64,000 nucleotides of DNA from a virus (lineage: Duplodnaviria; Caudoviricetes), in the IMG/VR virus record IMGVR_UViG_3300043409_003117, positions 947 to 64,946 of that record. One strand, 5' to 3'. This document shows, piece after piece, positions 19,233 through 28,103 of this stretch (positions are counted from its first letter, which is position 1; each line of letters begins with the position of its first letter). The translations under genes were made by a program, and so were the position numbers. The notes under the pieces are model-generated. The model had not been told where the DNA came from. It saw nothing but the letters and a program-made list of their open reading frames with translations, and ran no database searches.

Positions 19233-21221
19233 TTGGCTAATACTACTATAACAAATTTAAATACAAAAAGCTTAGGTAAAGATCAAGTTTTTATTATTGA
19301 GAAAAGCAATCAGGCATTAGAAGCAACAACAAATGCAGATGGATCAATTATACTTGAGGGAATATGTGCAGTTTTTGGACAAAAAAATGAAAATAATCGC
19401 GTTTACGAAAAACAGGAGTATTTACCTCACTTAAGTTATCTAAATGAAAAAATAAGTAAAGGTCAACTGTTTGGAGAATTAGATCATCCTCAAAGTTTTG
19501 ATGTTTCTCTTAAAAATGTATCGCATGTAGTTATAGGACTAGCACATGACGAACCTAGCAATAGTATAAAAATTCGGCTTAAAGTATTAGATACACCATG
19601 TGGTCGTATTGCAAAAACTCTAGTTCAGTCAGGCTGTACAATTTCAAGTTCGTCAAGAGCAGCTGGTCAAGTTGGAGATGGTGGAAAGGTTAAGTTGCAA
19701 AAAATATTTACATATGACCTAGTTGCTGAACCAGGTTTTTCACAAGCTTCACTAAGTCAAGTATCTGAAAGTTTAAAGGGTAATTATTCATCACTATTTG
19801 AATCATTAGATACTTTAAAAATGACTTCTATCACAAATAATTTAAAAGATATATCAGAAAGCTTTAGTTTTGAAGATTCTGTTAAAATATACCAAATAAA
19901 TAACTCTGATATTATAAAAACACAACAAAATAACAAAAAGCACATGGCTACTGACTTTGTAACAAAAAATGAAATGAATCAATATTCTCAATTGGTTAAG
20001 AATAAATTTCAAAAACTTCAAGAGAATATTTCAAAGAATAATACTAAATTAAGTTCATTAAATGAAAATTCTGAAGATCCTCAAGTAACTGGTAAGTTAG
20101 TTGAATACGTTAATTATTTAGCAGGCGAAATGGAGAAAATGGTTGGATATACTAACTATTTGTCAACTATGTTAAATAAAGGAATTGACTATACTGAACA
20201 TGTTGCTGAAAAGGTTAATAATGTAATTGACTATAGCGACTATTTAGCTGAAAAAGTAGAAAAGAATATTGGATATTCTGACTATTTAGGCGAAAAAGTT
20301 AATCAGTCTATTAATTATGGTGAGTATATTGCAGAGAATGTTGAAAAGACAATTGCCTATACTAATTATCTTGCTGAGAACGTAGATAAAGGAATTCAAT
20401 ACTCTGAATACGTTGCTGAAAGTGCAGAAAAAGGAATTAAATATTCTAACTACCTTGCAGAAAACTTAGATGCAGCAATTAACTACTCTAATTATTTAGG
20501 AGAAAATTTACAGAAAGGAATAATGTATTCTGAATATATTGCTGAAACTATGAATGAAAAAATCACATCTAATGTTGATGTTAAAGCTCGTAGATTATTA
20601 TCAGACGTTAAAAAATTAAATGAAGGAGCAAATTATCAAGTTGATGAAACTTCTGGAGTTGATGATTTAACCAGTGCAGTTGATGGAATATTAACTCATA
20701 TTAAATCTAATTCAGCAAATACAGTTTTAGAGAATAAGTATCCATTTCTTAAATTGTTAAGCGAATCTAATAAACAAAAATTCTATGGTTTAGATCAACC
20801 AACTAAGGCTTCAATTGTTGAAACTATGAGAGGCGCTATCTTCTTTACTGAAGGAGAAGTTATTAATATCATGGAAGCAGTATTAAATAAGCAAACTGAA
20901 AATACTCCAAGCTATATTAAATTTATGCCTGAAAAATATAAATCTATAGTTGAAAGTATGAATGAGGCTGAATTAAATTGGATTTCGGCACAGGCTTCAA
21001 GCCTAGTAGTAAATACTCAATATCAAGCAAAAGCATTCTGGGATTCTCGCGATCTTCGCCCGATTACAGAAAGAATTGCTCAAGAATCAATTAATACATC
21101 AAACAATATTAACGAAAGCCACGGTAAAGAAGGTTTTGTTTCGTTAAAACAAGTAAATCAAAGTCTAAGAGGTTACTCAGATAACTACTTAGCTGCTCTA
21201 CAAAGAAGAGCACAAAATTAA
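19233..21221 (+). CDS. gp21: prohead core protease (gp21-like) fused to scaffold (gp22-like)
   Basis: NENNRVY, GELDHP, VSHVV, LDTPCGRIAKTL, SSRAAG, YDLVAEPGF; C-terminal 14-aa YxxYLAE repeats; directly upstream of the MCP. Confidence 0.9.
   Translation: MANTTITNLNTKSLGKDQVFIIEKSNQALEATTNADGSIILEGICAVFGQKNENNRVYEKQEYLPHLSYLNEKISKGQLFGELDHPQSFDVSLKNVSHVVIGLAHDEPSNSIKIRLKVLDTPCGRIAKTLVQSGCTISSSSRAAGQVGDGGKVKLQKIFTYDLVAEPGFSQASLSQVSESLKGNYSSLFESLDTLKMTSITNNLKDISESFSFEDSVKIYQINNSDIIKTQQNNKKHMATDFVTKNEMNQYSQLVKNKFQKLQENISKNNTKLSSLNENSEDPQVTGKLVEYVNYLAGEMEKMVGYTNYLSTMLNKGIDYTEHVAEKVNNVIDYSDYLAEKVEKNIGYSDYLGEKVNQSINYGEYIAENVEKTIAYTNYLAENVDKGIQYSEYVAESAEKGIKYSNYLAENLDAAINYSNYLGENLQKGIMYSEYIAETMNEKITSNVDVKARRLLSDVKKLNEGANYQVDETSGVDDLTSAVDGILTHIKSNSANTVLENKYPFLKLLSESNKQKFYGLDQPTKASIVETMRGAIFFTEGEVINIMEAVLNKQTENTPSYIKFMPEKYKSIVESMNEAELNWISAQASSLVVNTQYQAKAFWDSRDLRPITERIAQESINTSNNINESHGKEGFVSLKQVNQSLRGYSDNYLAALQRRAQN
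20106..20558 (+). repeat. 42-bp/14-aa coiled-coil repeat (~11 copies of YSxYLAExVxKxIx)
   Basis: YSDYLAEKVEKNIG / YSDYLGEKVNQSIN / YTNYLAENVDKGIQ etc. Confidence 0.9.
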
Positions 21222-21242
21222 AAAAAAAAATAATTTATAAAA

Positions 21243-22967
21243 ATGGCAACAAAAATTTTCAAAAGATTGAACGATGCTTCAATCAAAGAAACTTGGACCC
21301 CAGTATTAGAAGGTTATGGTGCAAACGTTTCAGCTCGCCCTTGGTTAGTTGACTACGCTCACAACCATGCAATTTTCGAAAATGCAGGTTCATTAAACGA
21401 AGCTTTAAACACAACAGGCTCAGCTCCAGGTTTGTTTTTACAACAACCAGGTTCTATCTCTTCAATCGGTGCAATTAGTTCTCCAACAAGTTCTATGACT
21501 CCTTTTACTGCAGGTTCTAAAAATGGTTACGGTGCTTCTGTATCTGGTTCTGGTGATAAATTCCCAAGCCTTTTACCAGTAGCAATTCAAGTAGCTGCTA
21601 AAACTGTTGGTTTCGACCTAGTTGGTGTAGTTCCGATGGATTCTCCAGTAGGTTTCTTACCTTATTTGGATTATGTATACCAAGGTGGTAATACTGATAC
21701 TCAGTACGAACCATTCTTAGTTAAGTTATCAAGTGCTCTTAATACAGCAATTGTAGCTGGAGAATATATCCAAGCAGAAACAGACGCTGCAAGTGGCGTT
21801 GGTGCATTTAAATTTCAATTCGTTGGAAAATCTCGTATAGACGGTTTACCAATACTTAAAGTAGTAACTGGAGCAACTGATTCAGTTAATACAACTACTG
21901 TAGCTACTGCGGTAACTGCATTAGATGACGCAACTCATAGTGGTAACCGTACGGATACTAGTAATAGTGCATTAGGTACAACTGCTCGTCCATGGTTAGG
22001 TTTTGGTGGAGCTGCAGGTATGACTGTTAGTTTAGTATCTGCATTAGAAAATCATATTACTGGTTTTACTTCAGTAAGTGATACTGACTATGCTGCTACT
22101 TCATTCCAAGGTCCTTTCTTAAACTCAAGTGAAAATCTTGAAATGGAAGGTATGACTCGTGCAACTGCTGAAAGTTCTAAATTCCGTCAAATGGGTCTTC
22201 GTATGTTTACGAAATTCATTGAGGCAAAAGGAGATCAAGTTTCTATTTCTGCAACAGTTGAGCAAATCCAAGATCTTAACCGAGTTTGGAATTTCGACGT
22301 AATGTCAATGTTAGAAAACGTTGCTGTTAACGAATTAGCTCAATCTATTAACAAAAAATTAACTGATAGAGTTTTATCGTTAGGTCAAACTCATGCTACT
22401 GCAGTTAATTCAGTTGAAGGTTCTGGAATTACCACTTTAAACTTAACAGTTGGAACTGGTTTTGAGAATATCTCAACTTTACAACGTCGTGTTGTTACTA
22501 AAATCCTTGAAATGGCTAACTTGATTTATCATAGAGGTCGTTTCGGTGCAGGTACATACATCGTAACAAATGGCCGTGTTGCTTCTGCTTTAGCAGATGT
22601 TGCTGGTTATACTTTCGCTCCGTTCAATAACGATTTACCTTCTGGTGCTGGTCAATTATACCCTGCTGGAAAAGTTCACGGTTTAACTGTGTATGTAGAT
22701 CCAAACTTGAAATTTAGCGATAACCGTATCCATATCGGCCGTAAAGGTGCAGATGAGGAGCCAGGTGTTAAATTCTTACCTTATATCATGGCAGAGAGTC
22801 TTCAAACAATTGCAGAGGGAACTTTCTCTCCAAAAATTGGTATGAAATCTCGTTATGCAATCACAGAAGCTGGATGGCATCCAGAAACTCAGTATATCAC
22901 TATGAACGTAACAGGTCTTGGTGTATTAACTGGTTCAGTTGCTCCATCTACTGGTTACTCTGCATAA
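21243..22967 (+). CDS. gp23: major capsid protein (gp23-like)
   Basis: DLVGVVPMDSPVG, TVEQIQDL, G.VHGLTVYVDP, PYI...TFSPKIGMKSRYA. Confidence 0.95.
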   Translation: MATKIFKRLNDASIKETWTPVLEGYGANVSARPWLVDYAHNHAIFENAGSLNEALNTTGSAPGLFLQQPGSISSIGAISSPTSSMTPFTAGSKNGYGASVSGSGDKFPSLLPVAIQVAAKTVGFDLVGVVPMDSPVGFLPYLDYVYQGGNTDTQYEPFLVKLSSALNTAIVAGEYIQAETDAASGVGAFKFQFVGKSRIDGLPILKVVTGATDSVNTTTVATAVTALDDATHSGNRTDTSNSALGTTARPWLGFGGAAGMTVSLVSALENHITGFTSVSDTDYAATSFQGPFLNSSENLEMEGMTRATAESSKFRQMGLRMFTKFIEAKGDQVSISATVEQIQDLNRVWNFDVMSMLENVAVNELAQSINKKLTDRVLSLGQTHATAVNSVEGSGITTLNLTVGTGFENISTLQRRVVTKILEMANLIYHRGRFGAGTYIVTNGRVASALADVAGYTFAPFNNDLPSGAGQLYPAGKVHGLTVYVDPNLKFSDNRIHIGRKGADEEPGVKFLPYIMAESLQTIAEGTFSPKIGMKSRYAITEAGWHPETQYITMNVTGLGVLTGSVAPSTGYSA

Positions 22968-22995
22968 TCTTAATTGATTAACTAATAACTAAAGT

Positions 22996-23028
22996 AAGAG
23001 GCTTTCCAAAAGAGAGCCTCTTCTTTTT
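22996..23028 (+). terminator. intrinsic terminator after MCP
   Basis: AAGAGGCTTTC-CAAAA-GAGAGCCTCTT hairpin followed by CTTTTT. Confidence 0.85.
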
Positions 23029-23038
23029 GTGAAAAGAC

Positions 23039-23052
23039 TCGCTAATAAATAA
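23039..23052 (+). promoter_or_regulatory. late-promoter-like motif TCGCTAATAAATAA
   Basis: Second exact copy of the 14-mer. Confidence 0.7.
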
Positions 23053-23089
23053 CTTTAGTAAATAATAACTTAAAAATAATAAATTACAT

Positions 23090-23449
23090 ATGAAATCAGT
23101 ACTAAGCTATGAGCAATACCTGTTTGAAAAAAAATCAAATAGCGATCTTGCAACCGGTACGCCTACAAAAGGTAAATCTGTTACTAAACAGGTAAATAAC
23201 AATTTAACTGCAGGTACACCAAAAGGAAAATCTGTTAAAAAATCAGTTAATTCAAGTACTTCAAGTTTACCAAAAGGTAAAGGATCTGTTCCAGGTAAAT
23301 CAGTTAAGACCAATACTTCAAGTTTACCAAAAGGTAAAGGATCTGTTCCTGGTAAAAACGTTGACTCTAAATTTGCAAAGATAACAGTTAAAGGAAGTTC
23401 AGTTAATAGGAAAGTTGATTCAGCAATGGCAAAGTTGCCAAGAAAATAA
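23090..23449 (+). CDS. Lys/Ser-rich repetitive basic protein, putative head-internal DNA-binding protein
   Basis: MKSVLSYEQYLFE leader, then 17-19-aa PKGK repeats (57-bp duplication at 23257/23314). Confidence 0.65.
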   Translation: MKSVLSYEQYLFEKKSNSDLATGTPTKGKSVTKQVNNNLTAGTPKGKSVKKSVNSSTSSLPKGKGSVPGKSVKTNTSSLPKGKGSVPGKNVDSKFAKITVKGSSVNRKVDSAMAKLPRK

Positions 23450-23459
23450 TTAATATTAT

Positions 23460-23954
23460 ATGAAATTTAGTGACGGTATGGAGTTTGATTTATCAGGCCC
23501 AATGCGAATTGAAGAGCGTAGTGATGGGTTATATGTAGTTGGCAATAATATGTTAATTCCAGTTAAGACAGTTGAAGATGGGTTATCAATAATAAAAAAA
23601 GAAGACCCAAATTATGAAATTGATGAAGATGATAATGATGATTCTATGCATAGTTATGCTGAACCGACCTTTGAATCATATACTTATCGTATAATAGCTG
23701 AAGGTAATTCAATAAAAGACCTGGTTGGAAAAGACGAAGGAGATGAATTAGATCTAGATGATGCCCGAGCAATTGGTCGTAAAATTTCTAAAATGAAAGG
23801 TGATGACCGTAAAAAATACGTAGGTATTGTTAATTTCATGGGAGCATCTTGTAGAATTTATAATGAAATTTGGGCAAACTATAAACCAGTTGATCCATCT
23901 ACTAAAAAGTCAAATCGCGGAAAAGAATTCCAAGGCGATAAAAACATCGGTTAA
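23460..23954 (+). CDS. hypothetical protein
   Basis: 164-aa ORF in the late operon. Confidence 0.6.
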   Translation: MKFSDGMEFDLSGPMRIEERSDGLYVVGNNMLIPVKTVEDGLSIIKKEDPNYEIDEDDNDDSMHSYAEPTFESYTYRIIAEGNSIKDLVGKDEGDELDLDDARAIGRKISKMKGDDRKKYVGIVNFMGASCRIYNEIWANYKPVDPSTKKSNRGKEFQGDKNIG

Positions 23955-23963
23955 CCTTATAAA

Positions 23964-24872
23964 ATGATTGGAGAAGGAATAATTGTTGAGTCAATTGCCA
24001 GCTTTAAAATTACATGGAAAAATCCAGGTAATGGAATGCAGGCAGTATGGGATCAAGAAAATCAGGTTATTGAACTTCACGGAAGCGATGTTTATCCAGA
24101 CTTAGAGTTTGTTAGTGCAACTGGTCTCTCTACCTATTTTACATATTCAACAGCTGACAAAATTATAGGTTTGTTAAAAGGAATTAACGAAGTTATTAAT
24201 ATTGAATTAACTGAATTATATAAGTCAAAGGATCAAGTCAATGAAGCTGATGTAGTAAGTCCTACACCAATTGATGCTGCTAATACAATCCCTGAAATTA
24301 AACCTGAGGAGGTTGATAAAAAAGATGAAGTTACTAATACTCAAGAACCTAAGGTTGAGCCTGAGGTACCCGAGTCGCCCAGTGAAGGATTTGCATATAC
24401 AGTAACTGTACACGGAGATAAATTAAGATTTATTGATGCCAGTGCAGAAAATTTCAGTTTAATAGTTAAGCATAAATTATCTAATAATATGGGAGTTAAA
24501 AAAGAAACTGGAGAAACATTAGATAATAGTTTAAGAATTTGGGCAACGGTACAGTTAAGTGGTTTATTTAGTGAGACTCATAGATTTAATTTTGAAAAAT
24601 TTAATAAACAAACTGACTCAACTTCTGAAAATTTATTGGTGCAAATAATTCCATCAATTCAGTTAACATTTAAGGCTGGAGAAACAATGACCGCTCCAAA
24701 TGCTGAGAAAGAAACATATGTTAGTAAAATTGAGCTTTCTAATAGTCAAGTTAAAAATAAAGACCTACAGAAACAAATTAATATATATAAAAAGCGGTTG
24801 GAAACGAACGGTACTCCCATGACAGATGCAGACCTTGCAGCAGAAATGGAAATTGAAAGAACCAAAAGCTGA
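23964..24872 (+). CDS. hypothetical protein
   Basis: 302-aa ORF in the late operon. Confidence 0.6.
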   Translation: MIGEGIIVESIASFKITWKNPGNGMQAVWDQENQVIELHGSDVYPDLEFVSATGLSTYFTYSTADKIIGLLKGINEVINIELTELYKSKDQVNEADVVSPTPIDAANTIPEIKPEEVDKKDEVTNTQEPKVEPEVPESPSEGFAYTVTVHGDKLRFIDASAENFSLIVKHKLSNNMGVKKETGETLDNSLRIWATVQLSGLFSETHRFNFEKFNKQTDSTSENLLVQIIPSIQLTFKAGETMTAPNAEKETYVSKIELSNSQVKNKDLQKQINIYKKRLETNGTPMTDADLAAEMEIERTKS

Positions 24873-24895
24873 CTCTAATTAATAATTAGCAAAGT

Positions 24896-24909
24896 TCGCT
24901 AATAAATAA
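24896..24909 (+). promoter_or_regulatory. late-promoter-like motif TCGCTAATAAATAA
   Basis: Third exact copy, 19 nt before the tail tube gene. Confidence 0.7.
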
Positions 24910-24928
24910 CTATAAAAAATAAGACAAG

Positions 24929-25540
24929 ATGGCAGGTCTACCTCATTTTAAAAATTCAACCGCTGGCCCCGCAAGGTATGAGCCAGTTTACCTTAATCAA
25001 TTTGAGGTAATTATAACCCCTCCACCCGCAATTAAGAGTAAAGCAGGATGGGCATCTAATTTAACATTAGAACACGTTAAAAGTGTTAAGTCTCTTCCTG
25101 AACTTGCAGGTAACGCAGGTGGTCAACTTGTTGTACAAAAATATAAATTTGCAGAAAGAGCCTATGCTGCGCCTAAACCGAGTACAACTCTTCATAAATT
25201 TACAATTGAATTTGAACTAAACTTAAATGCTACAAATGATAATTATATCTATAATGCATTTAGGGCATGGGCAGATTTAATCTATAATCCAATGACAGGT
25301 CAACAAGGTTTAAAAGTAGACTATGCAGGAACATCAGCAGATGCTGCTTCTGTACAGATTACAATGTTTAACCGAACTGGTGCAATATTTAGAGAATTTG
25401 TATTTAGTCCAGTATTTTTAGATATGACTAAATTTAATGAAACAACACTCGACTATTCATTAGATGGTTCAGCGGGTATTGCATCATTAACGGTACCGTT
25501 TGTTGCAGACCGATATGTTGAAACCCGAGTAGGTCAATAA
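24929..25540 (+). CDS. gp19: tail tube protein (gp19-like)
   Basis: EPVYLNQFEVII...FRAWADLIYNPMTG...DY...QITMFNRTG...LDYS...VPFVAD; 203 aa. Confidence 0.75.
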   Translation: MAGLPHFKNSTAGPARYEPVYLNQFEVIITPPPAIKSKAGWASNLTLEHVKSVKSLPELAGNAGGQLVVQKYKFAERAYAAPKPSTTLHKFTIEFELNLNATNDNYIYNAFRAWADLIYNPMTGQQGLKVDYAGTSADAASVQITMFNRTGAIFREFVFSPVFLDMTKFNETTLDYSLDGSAGIASLTVPFVADRYVETRVGQ

Positions 25541-25558
25541 AAAACATTTATATAAAAA

Positions 25559-26257
25559 ATGGAAATGTTTAATGTAAAGCGCCGAGATAATCCATCTATG
25601 GATAATTGGTCAGATATAAAGAAACCTGCCTTTGGTGGACCCAAAGAAAAGGCTGATTTTGATAAAGCAAAGAAAACTAAATTAAAAGAATACCAACGAA
25701 TTGTTGAGCGTAATCCTGATGCTGAAGGCGGGCGTTTCAATCCAAATTATGACTCTGCCTGGAAAGGATTTACGAGTGATATTATATATAGAACAGCAAA
25801 GAAAAAATCATATGAACCCATGTATGCAAAAACAACAATTGCAGTAATAGATGCAATAGAAGAAGGAAATATTATTAGATTCGAAGAATTTATTAATGAA
25901 AATTATATGTCAACAGAAGAAGAAGAAGAAAAATTTAATCCAAAGGGCGGTATGGCAGACGACAACTATTTAGAAGAATCTGAAGATGAAGATGAAGTTG
26001 ATACATTCAATGAATTCGAAGAAGAAGAAGAAAAAGTAGACTTAGGATATGAAGTAGATGAAGAGCAATTAGATAAATTATTAGAAGAGTTCGGAGATGA
26101 GCTTCAAACTATGATTACTAATATTTGTGAAACTATGGAAATGGAAAAATCTGAAGTTTGTGACTTATTATGTGCAGCAATTGAAAAGAAATGTAATGAA
26201 GAAGATTCAGAAGAAGATTCAGAAGATACTGCCAACAATAATGAAGATGATGTATAA
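25559..26257 (+). CDS. hypothetical protein with highly acidic C-terminus
   Basis: 232 aa; basic N-half, Glu/Asp-rich C-half after IRFEEFINE. Confidence 0.65.
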   Translation: MEMFNVKRRDNPSMDNWSDIKKPAFGGPKEKADFDKAKKTKLKEYQRIVERNPDAEGGRFNPNYDSAWKGFTSDIIYRTAKKKSYEPMYAKTTIAVIDAIEEGNIIRFEEFINENYMSTEEEEEKFNPKGGMADDNYLEESEDEDEVDTFNEFEEEEEKVDLGYEVDEEQLDKLLEEFGDELQTMITNICETMEMEKSEVCDLLCAAIEKKCNEEDSEEDSEDTANNNEDDV

Positions 26258-26283
26258 ATTTAACTAAAAAATAGTTTTATATT

Positions 26284-26314
26284 AAAGCAGAGATATTATA
26301 TTTCTGCTTTTTTT
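26284..26314. terminator. terminator between convergent genes
   Basis: AAAGCAGAGATA-TTA-TATTTCTGCTTT then T run. Confidence 0.8.
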
Positions 26315-26322
26315 ATTTAAAA

Positions 26323-26724
26323 TCATTGCCGTTTTTTTATAGTTTTAAGATTTGGAATATTCTCTAAATCTCCATCTAAATCAATTAAACTTGGATCAAA
26401 TACAACTGCTGGATAGGCGGCTATTAAAAAATCTAGAGTATTTAATATTGTATTTGGAGAAATATTTGAGTTAATATAAATTATCCTGCTATATTTACGG
26501 TTTCTAACATTTACTGCTTTGTCTATTAATTTCTTAATTTCATAATTTATTAAAAAAGATTGAATTTTATTTGGAACAACAATATCCTGCTCAAACTTTT
26601 CACGTATTATTTTAGTTACATTAAGAAGATAATCTGATTTTCCTTTTTTGTTTAGTGCATGTACAAACTGTTTTAAATCCCTTACGAAAACTATTTCGAG
26701 TGATCTATCTGTGTTATCGATCAT
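26323..26724 (-). CDS. hypothetical protein
   Basis: 133-aa ORF overlapping the dCMP deaminase stop. Confidence 0.6.
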   Translation of the reverse strand: MIDNTDRSLEIVFVRDLKQFVHALNKKGKSDYLLNVTKIIREKFEQDIVVPNKIQSFLINYEIKKLIDKAVNVRNRKYSRIIYINSNISPNTILNTLDFLIAAYPAVVFDPSLIDLDGDLENIPNLKTIKKRQ

Positions 26725-27187
26725 TTATGTCGATTTTTTTAACTTCAACTCCTGCTCTCCGCAAAAAGTCTAATCCGTTGGTATCACGGTATTCTTCTAA
26801 ATATACAACTCTGGTAATTCCAGCTTGCATAATTAATTTACTACAGTCAGTACACGGAGAGTATGTTACATAGAGAGTAGAGCCATTACAACTTTGAGTT
26901 GACTTCGCAACCTTTAAAATTGCATTGGCCTCGGCATGTAAAACATACCATTTTGTTTTATATTCTTTAAATGAGCCATCTTCATTATTAATAGCCTCTT
27001 CACATTCATTTTCAAAACCAGCAGGGGTACCATTATATCCATCTGAAATAATTGAATTATCTTTAACGATTAAGGCTCCAACTTTTTTACGGTTAGCATG
27101 TGATAATTGTGACCATGACTCTGCCATAGAGATATAAGTTTGGTCAAACCTGTGCTGTCTACTTGAGTACTTACGAGCAAGTATCAT
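26714..27187 (-). CDS. cd: dCMP deaminase
   Basis: KVGALIVKD...GYNGTP, HAEAN, SPCTDC Zn motifs. Confidence 0.95.
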   Translation of the reverse strand: MILARKYSSRQHRFDQTYISMAESWSQLSHANRKKVGALIVKDNSIISDGYNGTPAGFENECEEAINNEDGSFKEYKTKWYVLHAEANAILKVAKSTQSCNGSTLYVTYSPCTDCSKLIMQAGITRVVYLEEYRDTNGLDFLRRAGVEVKKIDINDR

Positions 27188-28071
27188 TTTTTAATTTTTG
27201 AAATATTTTTATAAATCCATTTAATTAGACTATTACCGTCTTGGAAAATCAGGTATTGTTTATCTTCACTACTTATTGACTCAAATAGGGTTATTAAATT
27301 TGAACTTGGAGTTCCATCTATCTCTATTAAATTAGTAATAGGTAACGGTAATGATTCTGGTTTAAATTCAAAATCTAACATTTTAGAAGAAATATCATAG
27401 TGCTTATCGTAGATATGGTATGAATTAGAGACATGGGTATATGAACCAAGTTTTAATTTTGGATAAAATTCTTTTAAGTGAATATACATCTGTAATTGTA
27501 ATGAACAGAAAAAGGCAACATCAGTTGGAGTACCCCAAATTGCATCATTACTTCTCATAAATACTGACATATAAAATTTATTGTTTCGTATATGACAATT
27601 TGCATACATTGTACATACAAAATCTTTATTATCAGAATACTGATGGATTGGCATGTTAAAGTGCATTACTGCCTGTCTAGTATTTGGGTCTTTTATTAAA
27701 CTTTGAATTGCCCATTGATATTGTGAATAATTATCAGAATTTTTAAGTGTAAAAATTAAATTACCATATGCTGAGTTAACTGTTCCATCTGAATTTTGAA
27801 TAGATTCCCAAAACTTGGCCCATTGTGAAATAAATTTAACATCATTACGACCTAAATAATACCATAACAGTTCAGCCGCAATATAGCCAGTTTGTGATCC
27901 TCGTGTTTCATTTGTATATAAACAACTCGTTGGATCCTCAATAACTAGAGCAACATCTAATAATTCTTTACTTGTAGTTCCACGAGCACCATTTGTTTCA
28001 CCATTAGCTAATAGGTAAGAAATTGAGTCTTTATAACAAGCGGCAAATGATTGACCATTAAATACTAACAT
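27184..28071 (-). CDS. thymidylate synthase-fold enzyme, dCMP hydroxymethylase/methylase-like
   Basis: VNSAYG, TRQA, KDFVCT (catalytic Cys), MRSNDAIWGTPTD, SYHIY; Asp at the position of E. coli ThyA Asn177. Confidence 0.8.
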   Translation of the reverse strand: MLVFNGQSFAACYKDSISYLLANGETNGARGTTSKELLDVALVIEDPTSCLYTNETRGSQTGYIAAELLWYYLGRNDVKFISQWAKFWESIQNSDGTVNSAYGNLIFTLKNSDNYSQYQWAIQSLIKDPNTRQAVMHFNMPIHQYSDNKDFVCTMYANCHIRNNKFYMSVFMRSNDAIWGTPTDVAFFCSLQLQMYIHLKEFYPKLKLGSYTHVSNSYHIYDKHYDISSKMLDFEFKPESLPLPITNLIEIDGTPSSNLITLFESISSEDKQYLIFQDGNSLIKWIYKNISKIKK

Positions 28072-28103
28072 ATTTAAATTATACTAAAAAAATAGATAAT
28101 GGT

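Noticed and set aside
21720-22037. Diversity-generating retroelement TR/VR pair explaining the MCP/baseplate duplication
   Set aside because: Differences are not confined to adenines and include indels; no reverse transcriptase is in the window.
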